From Armatimonadota bacterium (GTDB lineage: Bacteria > Armatimonadota > Fimbriimonadia > Fimbriimonadales > Fimbriimonadaceae): DNA of 46,402 bases. This document shows, piece by piece, positions 1-9,696 of the stretch. The DNA lies in the NCBI GenBank assembly GCA_031400935.1, contig JANNQV010000032.1:124001-170402 (forward strand). The letters run 5' to 3'. Made by a program: the position numbers and the translations under genes. The notes under the pieces are model-generated. The model worked only from the letters and a program-made list of their open reading frames with translations, was not told where the DNA came from and ran no database searches. Numbering within the stretch: position 1 is the first letter of the stretch; each line of letters opens with the position of its first letter.

Positions 1-348
1 GAACTTAGTAACTACACGAACGATGAGATTATAACCATGAATCAGCTTGAAGTGTGGGAGGTTCGAAACGATCTCATTGGTGCCTTGGAGCAACCACACC
101 CAATGCATTTTCACGGGCCTCAATTCCAGATTTGCAACCGAGAAAATACCGACCCAGGTACTTGGTACGACACTATTAGTGAAGGATTTGTAGATGAAGG
201 TTGGCACGACACGGTGTTTGCGTTTCCTCGAGAAAGGGTCAAGCTGCTTACAAAATGGACAAAGCACTCAGGGCTGTTCCTTTATCATTGCCACAATTTG
301 GAGCACGAAGACATGGGCATGATGAGGAATTTGATGGTGGTGCCATAG
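1..348 (+). CDS. Multicopper oxidase, C-terminal cupredoxin domain (5'-truncated by window edge)
   Basis: Frame is open from base 1; copper motifs HPMHFHG and HCHNLEHEDMGMM. Confidence 0.93.
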   Translation, partial: ELSNYTNDEIITMNQLEVWEVRNDLIGALEQPHPMHFHGPQFQICNRENTDPGTWYDTISEGFVDEGWHDTVFAFPRERVKLLTKWTKHSGLFLYHCHNLEHEDMGMMRNLMVVP

Positions 349-568
349 GATAGTTGTTGGGGTTTTGGGTGAAAATGGCCTAACTGTTCAATAGGTCTAG
401 CAAGTCCGAAAAATTCTACAATTCAATTAGCCTGAAACCGATTCAACCTAAACAAACCCGAAAAAGGATGCCCAAAAGTCCTGATTTGTTTACGAATTGG
501 TGTAACATGACTGGACAATTCAACGAAGGGTTGGTGTCGCCGACCTCATAGTGCCCTTCGAGTTTTTC

Positions 569-610
569 GGGCTCCGCTTTTCAAGCGTTGTAGCCCTTTT
601 ACTTGTTTTT
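569..610 (+). terminator. Terminator-like hairpin in the leader of the ABC transporter gene
   Basis: GGGCT(569-573)/AGCCC(592-596) outer stem, CGCTT/AAGCG inner stem, followed by TTTTACTTGTTTTT. Confidence 0.45.
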
Positions 611-669
611 ACCCACAGTCATTGGTTCTTAGGCACTTTGAACGCTAGAATTCTTTTTGGAAGTTATTT

Positions 670-2865
670 TTGAGCATTTCTGAAATACAAATTGCTCCGG
701 CAGAAAATATAGCCGGATCGGAAAGCGAAATACTCATTTCGCTGGAAGCGGATTATGGTGCCGATGGGCGCTTTGGCCGCCGCATTTTGGAAGTGACAGC
801 CGACAACGTTCGAACTTTTGAATCCGACGGAGTCCAGTCGTTCCAGATTCCAATTTCGGAGATCGTATCTTCGAGAAATGAACCGCTAGTGAGCGGCGGA
901 AGGCTAGAAGTAACCACAAAAACCGGCGAAATCCTCCCAGTCATCAGCTATTCATTAACGGTTTCTGCAAAGTTCAGTGAGGCCGCAAGGGGAATCGAGC
1001 AGCTAGCAAAGGGCGAACCGCTTTCAATCAATTTGAAGGACGAGGCTCTTCGATGCCCAAAATGCAAACGGCTCTTGCCTGAAAAGGACGGCGTTTGCCC
1101 AGCTTGCGTGAATCGAGGCAAGACTCTGCTCAGAATCATCGGATTCATGGCACCTTACAAAAAGCAGGCCGCGATGATGGCGGGGCTTTCGCTTGCGACG
1201 ACGATCCTCAATCTTGCGCCGCCGTTCATTCAGGGCCGTTTGATTGACGAAGTGTTTCAAGGTCCGAAAAACCTGCCGCTCTTGTGGCAACTCATCGGAG
1301 TTTGGCTTGTTGTTCTTTGCATAGGTTCAGTTGTCAACATAACCCGTGATCGCTTAGTCGCATTTCTTGCTGGGCATGTGGCCGCGGATTTGCGATCTGC
1401 TGTTTATCGAGCCATTGAATTTCTACAGCTCACTTATTTTGACAAGAAGCAGGTTGGTGCGATTTCCAGCCGGGTCACCAGTGACACCGACCGTGTGTGG
1501 GGCTTTTTGGTTGAAGGTGTTCCCTATTTCATGCTGAATGGCTTGACACTTTTGGGTGTTTCAGGATTCCTTTTCTTCACGAATCCGACGCTTGCCGCCG
1601 CGATCTTGGCTCCAATTCCGATCATTGTGGGAATCGGGGTCAAGTTTTGGCGTCCAATGGCTCAAATGTTTTACAAGGTGGGTCAAAAATGGTCCCGCTT
1701 CCACACACATTTGAATGAGTCATTAAACGGAATTCGGGTTGTAAAGGCATTTGCAAAAGAGGACACCGAATACAACAAATTCACGACGAGAAATCAGGAG
1801 CTTCGAGACAGCGGCGTCAACGCTGACACTCGCTGGTTCACCATTTTTGGTGGGATGATGTTCTTCACGAGTCTCGGCTCGGTCATTTGCTGGGCTGCGG
1901 GCGGATACATGGTGTACCAAGGCAAGCTGACTATCGGCGAATTCTATCGGATTTTTGCCTTGCTCGCACTTGTCTACGGCCCACTTCAATGGTTCGCTGC
2001 AATCAACAACTGGTTCAGCCGAGCCATGGCAGGTGCTGACCGCATTTTTGAAATCATAGACATGGAGAAGGAGAAGTACGGCGACCACGAACTGCGGACT
2101 CCAATAAAAGGCGAAGTTGAGTTTGAAAATGTCCGGTTTGGCTACGATAAGTCAAATCCTGTCTTGAAAGGGCTTAGCTTCAAGGCTGCCCCAGGCGAAA
2201 TGATTGGCCTCGTCGGAAAATCGGGTGCTGGAAAGTCAACAACGATTAATCTGATTTGCCGATTCTATGAACCGGATGCGGGTTCGATCAAGATTGATGG
2301 CATTGATTATCGCGAAATCACACTTCAAGACATGCGCGAGCAAATTGGAATCGTTCTTCAAGAGCCATTTTTGTTCAACGGCTCGATTGCTGAAAACATC
2401 TCTTATGGTAATCCTAAAGCGAGTTTTGACGAAGTAATTGAAGCCGCCCGAGCCGCAAACGCCCACAGTTTCATCCTTGCCAAACCAGATGGTTACGATA
2501 CGCTTGTTGGCGAACGAGGAGCAAAGCTCTCGGGCGGAGAACGTCAACGTGTGAGCATTGCCCGTGCAATCCTCCACAATCCTCGAATTCTGATTCTTGA
2601 TGAAGCCACGTCAAGCGTAGACATCGAAACAGAAAAACAGATTCAAGAGGCCATTGGAAGGCTGATTGAGGGCAGAACGACCTTTGCGATTGCCCACAGG
2701 CTCTCAACTCTTCGAAACGCCAATCGGCTCATCGTTTTGGAAAAGGGCGAGATCGTGGAAATTGGCTCGCACGAAGAATTGATGGAAAAGAAAGGTGAAT
2801 TCTATAAGCTCGTCGAATCGCAGACGGCAATCAACGAAATCATCGGCCTAGGAGCAATAGGATAA
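670..2865 (+). CDS. ABC exporter (fused TMD+NBD) with ~150-aa N-terminal extension containing a CxxC...CxxC zinc ribbon
   Basis: Walker A GKSGAGKS, signature LSGGERQR, Walker B ILILDEAT, H-loop IAHRLST; TM region; CPKC-x10-CPAC; TTG start uncertain. Confidence 0.93.
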   Translation: MSISEIQIAPAENIAGSESEILISLEADYGADGRFGRRILEVTADNVRTFESDGVQSFQIPISEIVSSRNEPLVSGGRLEVTTKTGEILPVISYSLTVSAKFSEAARGIEQLAKGEPLSINLKDEALRCPKCKRLLPEKDGVCPACVNRGKTLLRIIGFMAPYKKQAAMMAGLSLATTILNLAPPFIQGRLIDEVFQGPKNLPLLWQLIGVWLVVLCIGSVVNITRDRLVAFLAGHVAADLRSAVYRAIEFLQLTYFDKKQVGAISSRVTSDTDRVWGFLVEGVPYFMLNGLTLLGVSGFLFFTNPTLAAAILAPIPIIVGIGVKFWRPMAQMFYKVGQKWSRFHTHLNESLNGIRVVKAFAKEDTEYNKFTTRNQELRDSGVNADTRWFTIFGGMMFFTSLGSVICWAAGGYMVYQGKLTIGEFYRIFALLALVYGPLQWFAAINNWFSRAMAGADRIFEIIDMEKEKYGDHELRTPIKGEVEFENVRFGYDKSNPVLKGLSFKAAPGEMIGLVGKSGAGKSTTINLICRFYEPDAGSIKIDGIDYREITLQDMREQIGIVLQEPFLFNGSIAENISYGNPKASFDEVIEAARAANAHSFILAKPDGYDTLVGERGAKLSGGERQRVSIARAILHNPRILILDEATSSVDIETEKQIQEAIGRLIEGRTTFAIAHRLSTLRNANRLIVLEKGEIVEIGSHEELMEKKGEFYKLVESQTAINEIIGLGAIG

Positions 2866-2869
2866 TTTA

Positions 2870-3853
2870 ATGCAAGAAACAATACAAGAAGTTATACATT
2901 TCAAGGAATGGACGATTCGCCCTCCCGAACCCAGAGATTGGGAAAGGATTGCTGAGATTGCAAATCTTGACTCCGATGAAACGGTTACTGGAGCCGAACT
3001 CCGGCGACGTTATGAGCGATTTCCGACCGAGGGAAATCGCTATTACGAGGTTGTCGAAGACCGTAGCGAATATGTCATTGGGTGCTGTCGTGCGATTCAT
3101 CGCCCAGGCATGGCGGAAGGTTGCTTCTATTGCCAAATTCAGATTGACCCTCAGGTTCGCAACCATGGAATTGGGGCATTTTTGCATGATAGAGTTGATA
3201 AATTCTTCGAATCCGTAAACGCTAAAACCATTACATTTTTTGTTAGAGAAACTTGCGAAATTTCAATGGCATTTGCATCGAAAAGGGGATATGTTCAGGA
3301 TCGGGTACTAGCCGAATCAAAACTGGATTTGACCAAGTTTGATTCGAGCTCATTTGCACAGAAGATTGAATCCACAATGAAGAATGGTCTAGAAATTGTG
3401 GGAATGAGTGAGCTTGAAGACAAGGAAGAAACTTGGAGGATGATTCACAAATTGCTATGCGATTCTGACGATGCACCGGATATCGAGCTGTGGGGACATC
3501 CAACTTATCAAGACTTCTACGAGAACACCCGAAATGCGCTTTGGTATGTTCCTGAGGGACTTTTTGTTGCCAGATGGAATGGCGAATTTGTTGGCTTCCA
3601 TGCTGCCGGTCCGTTGCCTGATTGCGACGGATGGACGACTGACTACACAGGCGTCATACCATCGTTTAGACGAAATGGAATTGCATTAGCTCTAAAGGTC
3701 GAAGGCGCAAACGTCGCTCGCAATGCGGGAGCCAAATGGATCATGACTCACAACGACTCATCAAATGAAGGAATGCTGAGTATCAATATCGCTCTCGGGT
3801 TCAAAATGCAACCCGGATTTGCCCAAATGAGGAAGAATTTTGGGAGAGTATAG
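2870..3853 (+). CDS. Tandem-domain GNAT family N-acetyltransferase
   Basis: Two acetyl-CoA motif A-like segments (IDPQVRNHGIG; VIPSFRRNGIA) and C-terminal NDSSNEGMLSINIALGF. Confidence 0.88.
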   Translation: MQETIQEVIHFKEWTIRPPEPRDWERIAEIANLDSDETVTGAELRRRYERFPTEGNRYYEVVEDRSEYVIGCCRAIHRPGMAEGCFYCQIQIDPQVRNHGIGAFLHDRVDKFFESVNAKTITFFVRETCEISMAFASKRGYVQDRVLAESKLDLTKFDSSSFAQKIESTMKNGLEIVGMSELEDKEETWRMIHKLLCDSDDAPDIELWGHPTYQDFYENTRNALWYVPEGLFVARWNGEFVGFHAAGPLPDCDGWTTDYTGVIPSFRRNGIALALKVEGANVARNAGAKWIMTHNDSSNEGMLSINIALGFKMQPGFAQMRKNFGRV

Positions 3854-3934
3854 GGTTAAGTGTATAGCGTATAGGAAATTGGAGATGCGATATTTGAAAA
3901 TCCATTTGTGTTGTTCTTCAGTTGACGACTCTGT

Positions 3935-3997
3935 ACCATAGACCCTAAACCCAAAACCCTAGACCATAATCCCCATACCCCTTACCCCATACCCTAA
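3935..3997. repeat. Degenerate heptamer tandem repeat (9 units, consensus ~ACCCTAA)
   Basis: accatag accctaa acccaaa accctag accataa tccccat acccctt accccat accctaa; shorter complementary G-rich arm at ~3851-3876. Confidence 0.8.
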
Positions 3998-4001
3998 GAT
4001 A

Positions 4002-4475
4002 ATGAACCCCTCCGAACTCAAACTTTTTTACGAACCGAAAGACCGCCTTCGCTTGACCATCGGCGATGATCGGAGCTACCCGACTGTAAAACCGGTTTGG
4101 GCATCTCCGCAATCGCATCCGAAAAATTACCTCGGCCTATTAGATGCAAAGGAGAAGGAAATCACGACGATTGCCGATCCAAACGACCTGCCGGAAGCCA
4201 GTCTGAGCGCCGTTCTCGAAGAGCTCAATCGTCGCTACCTTACCGCGACAATCGTTTCCATCGCGAATGCCAAAGTTGAATTCGGCGCGACCTATTGGCA
4301 TGTAATCACCAATCGGGGCGAGCGCGATTTTGTGACTCAGAGCCTGCAAGAGAACGCAATCTGGATTTCGCCGACGCATATTCTATTGATTGATGTGGAT
4401 GGCAATCGCTTTGAAATTCCAGACACTACGGCACTAGACGAGAAGAGCAAGCAGACTCTGAACTGGATTATCTAA
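4002..4475 (+). CDS. DUF1854-like protein
   Basis: Typical motifs (WASPQSHPKNYLGLLD..KE, W.V.TNRG.R.F, LLIDVDGNRFEIPD..ALD) and linkage to the zinc-ribbon ABC exporter. Confidence 0.8.
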   Translation: MNPSELKLFYEPKDRLRLTIGDDRSYPTVKPVWASPQSHPKNYLGLLDAKEKEITTIADPNDLPEASLSAVLEELNRRYLTATIVSIANAKVEFGATYWHVITNRGERDFVTQSLQENAIWISPTHILLIDVDGNRFEIPDTTALDEKSKQTLNWII

Positions 4476-4486
4476 GCGTCGCTCAC

Positions 4487-4530
4487 TCTTTTGCGGTCTC
4501 AGATAGAGAGACCAACTGAAAAGGGAGTAC
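4487..4530. terminator. Hairpin between convergent genes
   Basis: CTCTTTT..GGTCTC / GAGACC..AAAAGGG imperfect inverted repeat. Confidence 0.4.
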
Positions 4531-4543
4531 TGTAATTGTACTC

Positions 4544-7477
4544 TCACCCGCGCATCGCGCCCTTTTTTACTGGAGCTGGGTTAGCAAGTGTTGCTATGGG
4601 GTTTGCCTCGTCCGAATTGAGGAGGTCAATTACAAAACGCAGTTCCGAGCGATTTACGCATTGATCCACAAATCCGATCACACTTTTCAGCGAGCCATTC
4701 AGTAAATTCACGACTTCTGATTCAGTTGCAATTGCATGCGACTGGAATGATACCGTCTCGACAGACAAGCGACGTACAGACTCGAAAATGTCTTGGTTTG
4801 GGCGATAAACGACATCGGTTCCCATTCGATCTACCATCATTCTTACAGCAACCGCGTTGGACTTATCTCCAAGTTTGAGCCAACTGGCGCACAACGTGAT
4901 TAGTGAAGACTTTGTCAACATTCGGAAACCATTCGTGAATCCTGATTCAAGCAATATCAAAGTTCCAATGGTTTCATGAACTATGCTCTCGACAAAACGA
5001 CCCTGGGAATGGTGCAGTAGACCAAGATTCTGAATTATTTCAGCTGCTATTCGGCGATTCCCCATAAACAATGCCTTTGTAAGAGCGTTTTCCATACTAC
5101 GGCGAACAAAGCTCGGATCGCTTCCTCGCAAAAAGTGCAACCGTGCAATGCTCAGTTCAATTAAGCCGACGATAGATGAATCGGGCTGATCATCTATGTA
5201 GTTTTGGGCATCACAAAGGTGTTCTAGTGCGCTTGAAACATCACCAGCGGCCTCGTACGCCATAGCTAGGTTGAACAGAGCCTTTGCGGTTGTTCCTTTA
5301 GCGTTACCTATCCTGGCTAGAAAAAGTGCGTTTTTATAAATTTCAATCGAACGGCCCAACTCGCCTTTTGTACGCCAAGATAGTCCAAGCTGCAAAGTAA
5401 TTTCCGCCTGGAGTTCTGTCGCGATGTTTTCAGTTTCAATTCTCGTTACTATTGAATCAATCAGTTGGGCGTGAGAGTCGAAGTCACCAGCATGAAAGTA
5501 AGCAGCGGAAACCGAGAGTGCGGCAGTAACCCATTGCAGGTTCATGAACGCTTCAGATTTGAAAATCCAACTTCGCAGTTCATTTAGGTGGACTTGCGAA
5601 ATCGCCCTTCCACCTAGGAATGAGCGGATTAGCACAAGCAAGTCAATTGCTTCATTATAATGACCGCTTTGGAACATAGCCAAGATGGCGGTAAATGCCA
5701 ATTGGGTGGCTTCGACGATCATTTCTCTATTGGATGCATCACCACAATTTAACTCGAACCATGCGACAGTATTTAGATAGAACTGTTCGGTTTGGAGACT
5801 AGTCGTTTTTGAATCAAAGCTACGCGCTACAAAGAAAGAAACTGACGCGGTCATTCGGACGGATCTGCGTCCGCTATCTAGATAAGCAAGTCCTGACGCC
5901 AAGAGTTCATCCAGATCAAAAACTGATGTATCGGCTGCCTGACAAAACAATGGAATTGGGCACGGATGACGCAGCGATGCAAGAAGCCCAGCAATGTTCC
6001 TAACGCTTGGCAACACGAATTCAAGGCTGGCTGATACAGCTGCACCAACACTTGAAGATCGCGATAAATTTCCGGATTGAGATTCTATCGTCGCCATTGA
6101 TCGCCGCATTGCACCAAGTACAGAATGGGGACCGACTGTTGAGCAAAGACGACCTGCAATAGTCAATGCTAGGGGAATTCCATCACATAGTCGAGCGATA
6201 TTGGCATACGCTTCCCTGCCAAGGTCAAACGGTCTTACACTATTGGACGCAGAGCCAGCAATTTCATAGAGCAGGTCTATTGCCCCAAGCGAACCGTCCT
6301 CAGTTTCTATTGGAATGGGACCAAGTAGGAAGCTGCGACTACCAGGTATTTGCAATCGTCCCAATCCAACGCATATAATCCGTGTGCGCGGATTGCTGGC
6401 TCTAATACCAGTCAGGAATTCTTGGTGCTCTCTCATAAAGTGATCCAAAAACAAGTATCGCGGTTCGTACTTTGCCACCATTCGCGCACTAAGTTCGTTG
6501 GTCAACTGATCGAGGTCAATATAAAGGGAATGTTTCAGCAGATCAAGCTGAAAGTAAACTTCCTTTATTAAATGCGATTTACCAACTCCGCTCAGACCTG
6601 CCAAAACGTAAATTCCACCTTCTGAGAGCGCCTCAATTTGGCGTAGAACCTCCGTAATTTCCCTTTCCCGACCTATTGTCAGGTCTGGGCGAGACGGATG
6701 CCATCTGTCCGGCTTTGGCTCTCGAATCTGATCAAGTTCACCTAGGAGTTGGTCCAGCAGACCAATGATTTCCGCACTCGGCAACTCGCCGGTTTCATCC
6801 GATAAATGCTGTTCATAGCTCATAAACGCCTTGATCATCATTTCCTTTTCGCCCAGTGTCGAAAGTGTTTTCAAGAGGCACTCCAAAGAGCTAACTCTCC
6901 CGAGACTATTTGGCAGCAGACATCTAGCTGAATTCAAGAGGACCGAGCGATAGTGAACAGAGATCGGGCTCTGCGCCAATCGTAGCATCGCGTCGAAAAC
7001 TGTTTCTAACGCCAATTGCTTACTGTCTAGAACCAGCGGATGTTCAAGATAACTGATCGGATCTAGTTCGATTTGAGAAAGTACGTCTGCAATGATGTGA
7101 ATCGCCCGAATGGGTTCATCGCCAACTCCATTACAATCAAGGGCGATTTGAAGGCGATCAAGATCAATTTCCACGTTCGATTCGATAAACGACACCGAAT
7201 CGGATGTAACTCTTAAGAGTGGGATACTCGGATTGGAATTCAAAGCCACTTGGAGCCTGTGCAGCAACACTCTCATGCATCGTTGGCACGATTCTTGCGA
7301 TTCATCAAAAAGGTGCTGAGCAAGCCATGCACGGGACAAAGTGTGCTGGGGTGCAAAGGATAGCGCACTCAGGAGAAGCTTCTGCTTTTCACTCCTAGTA
7401 CGAAAGGCCGTACCGTCGGGCCGAAGGACCAAAAGTTGACCGATGACTCGGATGCTCCAATTTTTATTCTCGACCAT
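4544..7477 (-). CDS. AfsR/SARP-like STAND regulator (winged helix + BTAD + NB-ARC-like ATPase + TPR)
   Basis: N-terminal IRVIGQL...LSRAWLAQHLF; BTAD end YEQHLSDETGELPSAE; IGRERE, Walker A GLSGVGKS, CDGIPLAL; C-terminal TPR-like helices. Confidence 0.82.
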   Translation of the reverse strand: MVENKNWSIRVIGQLLVLRPDGTAFRTRSEKQKLLLSALSFAPQHTLSRAWLAQHLFDESQESCQRCMRVLLHRLQVALNSNPSIPLLRVTSDSVSFIESNVEIDLDRLQIALDCNGVGDEPIRAIHIIADVLSQIELDPISYLEHPLVLDSKQLALETVFDAMLRLAQSPISVHYRSVLLNSARCLLPNSLGRVSSLECLLKTLSTLGEKEMMIKAFMSYEQHLSDETGELPSAEIIGLLDQLLGELDQIREPKPDRWHPSRPDLTIGREREITEVLRQIEALSEGGIYVLAGLSGVGKSHLIKEVYFQLDLLKHSLYIDLDQLTNELSARMVAKYEPRYLFLDHFMREHQEFLTGIRASNPRTRIICVGLGRLQIPGSRSFLLGPIPIETEDGSLGAIDLLYEIAGSASNSVRPFDLGREAYANIARLCDGIPLALTIAGRLCSTVGPHSVLGAMRRSMATIESQSGNLSRSSSVGAAVSASLEFVLPSVRNIAGLLASLRHPCPIPLFCQAADTSVFDLDELLASGLAYLDSGRRSVRMTASVSFFVARSFDSKTTSLQTEQFYLNTVAWFELNCGDASNREMIVEATQLAFTAILAMFQSGHYNEAIDLLVLIRSFLGGRAISQVHLNELRSWIFKSEAFMNLQWVTAALSVSAAYFHAGDFDSHAQLIDSIVTRIETENIATELQAEITLQLGLSWRTKGELGRSIEIYKNALFLARIGNAKGTTAKALFNLAMAYEAAGDVSSALEHLCDAQNYIDDQPDSSIVGLIELSIARLHFLRGSDPSFVRRSMENALTKALFMGNRRIAAEIIQNLGLLHHSQGRFVESIVHETIGTLILLESGFTNGFRMLTKSSLITLCASWLKLGDKSNAVAVRMMVDRMGTDVVYRPNQDIFESVRRLSVETVSFQSHAIATESEVVNLLNGSLKSVIGFVDQCVNRSELRFVIDLLNSDEANPIATLANPAPVKKGAMRG

Positions 7478-7505
7478 ATCACTATCATATCAAATTTTTG
7501 AACAA

Positions 7506-7526
7506 AAGTGAGACGGAAGTGAAACG
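7506..7526 (+). promoter_or_regulatory. Direct repeat with 11-bp period, candidate SARP operator
   Basis: AAGTGAGACG (7506-7515) and AAGTGAAACG (7517-7526) in the divergent intergenic region. Confidence 0.45.
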
Positions 7527-7558
7527 CACGATTGTCCATCCTTGATTTTGAGGTAATT

Positions 7559-7936
7559 ATGAAACTACTTATTGGGCTTATCGCCCTTTCTGCAATTGGT
7601 GGTACACCTGGGCAACCAAGCTTGCAAACTACAAACGACCGCGTGGCACAAAGTGAAGTGAGCGTCCCATGGTATTTCATTGAAGGCTACATTTCTATGA
7701 ACGCCGTCAATGACGATCCAGTTGTGCGGGCCATGCTTCATGCTGAAGCAATCCTTGGCATAAAGACTTGGACCGTAACTTCAAATTCGTTAAATGTAGC
7801 ATCCTTTGACGGAGGATCTATTGGCTGGCCGGCTGCAGGGAAAACAATAACGTTTCCTTCGACTGCTCAGACGAATACCTGTGCGAATATGATTGACGAG
7901 TTTACGTTCGGACTTGCAATGAAGCAAAGTAACTAG
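7559..7936 (+). CDS. Small secreted hypothetical protein
   Basis: GAGGT SD before ATG 7559; signal-peptide-like MKLLIGLIALSAIGG. Confidence 0.7.
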   Translation: MKLLIGLIALSAIGGTPGQPSLQTTNDRVAQSEVSVPWYFIEGYISMNAVNDDPVVRAMLHAEAILGIKTWTVTSNSLNVASFDGGSIGWPAAGKTITFPSTAQTNTCANMIDEFTFGLAMKQSN

Positions 7937-8101
7937 GCTGCTTTGGCTCGTCAGATTTTGCATATGTTTGTTGTGGGACTGAATCGTACTGTTGCTCATA
8001 TCTAGGCACCAAGTTCAGTTCCACTTATTTTCAAGAATTACTCTCAAAAACAGGACACTTGAATTCCCAATAGCTGAATCAGAGAATCTCGGTAGGCAAT
8101 T

Positions 8102-8533
8102 ATGGATCAATTGGACGAATCAATACGGAACGAAACCCAGGTACTGCCAACTTCTGGTTCGGAATTGGATTCCGATGCAATCCGATCAGGACTGGACAGT
8201 CCCAATTACTCCCCCCTACTAGAACTGGTCTTTCAAAAGTGGTCGTCTTTGATCCTTTTTCGGATCATGGCCAGTCCCATGCGTTTTAACCAATTGGTTC
8301 GTGAATTGGCGATAAGCCCCAACACCCTAGCGGCACGGCTTCGGGATTTAGAAAGAGCGGGACTGATCGAAAGGGTGGTCGAATCTGGATTATCACCAAA
8401 GCCAACCTATATTTTGACTAAGAGCGGCCTGACGTTTACGGCTGTAACTAAACATTTGCTTCTTTGGCTTGAATCTCAAGAACCTCAGCTTGTTAGTGTA
8501 ATTGACAAGGGCATCGTTGACATCAATTCGTAG
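8102..8533 (+). CDS. HxlR family winged-helix transcriptional regulator
   Basis: KWSSLIL...PMRFNQL..ISPNTLAARLRDLERAGLIER...YILTKSG. Confidence 0.88.
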   Translation: MDQLDESIRNETQVLPTSGSELDSDAIRSGLDSPNYSPLLELVFQKWSSLILFRIMASPMRFNQLVRELAISPNTLAARLRDLERAGLIERVVESGLSPKPTYILTKSGLTFTAVTKHLLLWLESQEPQLVSVIDKGIVDINS

Positions 8534-8648
8534 ATTGGCTAGGTTTAGGAATTGTTCAGACCAATCCCTCACCTATCGCCGAACAGCGCTAGAATATCTA
8601 AATCTTTTGGAAATCTCCGGCGTCCAGTATTTGAGGTGAAACGACACC

Positions 8649-9071
8649 ATGAATACTGAAAAAGCGATTCCAATTACGCATTTCCTGCTTCGCGCTGTAA
8701 CAGGACTGCTGTTTTTGCAGCATGGCGGCCAAAAGATTTTTGACTGGTTTGGCGGCATTCCGGCAGAGTTCGGCGGCCATCCGGCAGCATGGTCTCAGGC
8801 ATGGATCGGCGGTGTGCTCGAATTTTATGGCGGGCTGCTGATAATGATTGGCTTGTGCACTCGGCCCGTGGCGTTTGTATTGGCTGGCATGATGGCGGTT
8901 GCCTACTTCCAGTTCCACTACAAGTCAGAAGCGTTTTGGCCGATGCAAAACCAAGGCGAGGCTGCAGTGCTCTACTGCTTCATCTTTTTGTTCCTTTGCG
9001 CTTTTGGCGGTGGAGGCTGGAGCGTTGATGCGCTAATCCGGAGTAAGAGAGAACCGAAGACTAGCGAGTGA
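8649..9071 (+). CDS. DoxX family membrane protein
   Basis: LLRAVTGLLFLQHGGQK, GLCTRPVAFVLAGMMAVAYF, GGGWSVD; GAGGTG SD. Confidence 0.92.
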   Translation: MNTEKAIPITHFLLRAVTGLLFLQHGGQKIFDWFGGIPAEFGGHPAAWSQAWIGGVLEFYGGLLIMIGLCTRPVAFVLAGMMAVAYFQFHYKSEAFWPMQNQGEAAVLYCFIFLFLCAFGGGGWSVDALIRSKREPKTSE

Positions 9072-9116
9072 ACTTCGACACGTCATTAGTCACAATTCAG
9101 GTCAACCAGAGGACGC

Positions 9117-9683
9117 TTAGCGGTTGTTCTGCAAGGCGATCACAACTAGCAGGATGATCACCGCGACAGGCCCAGTGTAAACCGTTGCCCACAGAAAACC
9201 CCATATAAGGGACATCCCAAAGCTACCTTCACAGTCGTGCGTGTCGTTTACAGCTCTAGCCAACATTCCTCCGATAGAAATCAGAAGCAAAACTACAATC
9301 GCTGGAATAACGAATTCGACGAGCAAGAATAGTGCTAGTCCGAACAATAACAAAGCTAGCATTGCGAATAGAACAGTAGCAATGCCCTCCGATAGGCAGC
9401 AGCTCCCGGCATGAAAAGTCGCGTCGAGTGTTTGAAAGAACGCCTCTGATTTCCCTGATGACCACTCAGGCTTGCTCGTATCGTCATCAACCACGTGCCC
9501 ATGAAACAGTAGCCACGAAAGTGCCGCGATCCAAACAAGCCACCAAGTGCCAAGCACAATTTCAGCTTCAATCCACTTTGGCAAATGCAGTGCCACCGGA
9601 ATTGCTAAGGCTGAGACCAAGAAACAAACGACAATCACAAGCACTACGGTCTTGCGCGAAATCGGCTGGATAGGCGGAGGCAT
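9117..9683 (-). CDS. Hypothetical multi-pass membrane protein
   Basis: 188-aa ORF with about 5 hydrophobic segments. Confidence 0.7.
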   Translation of the reverse strand: MPPPIQPISRKTVVLVIVVCFLVSALAIPVALHLPKWIEAEIVLGTWWLVWIAALSWLLFHGHVVDDDTSKPEWSSGKSEAFFQTLDATFHAGSCCLSEGIATVLFAMLALLLFGLALFLLVEFVIPAIVVLLLISIGGMLARAVNDTHDCEGSFGMSLIWGFLWATVYTGPVAVIILLVVIALQNNR

Positions 9684-9696
9684 GTTAAATTTTTGA

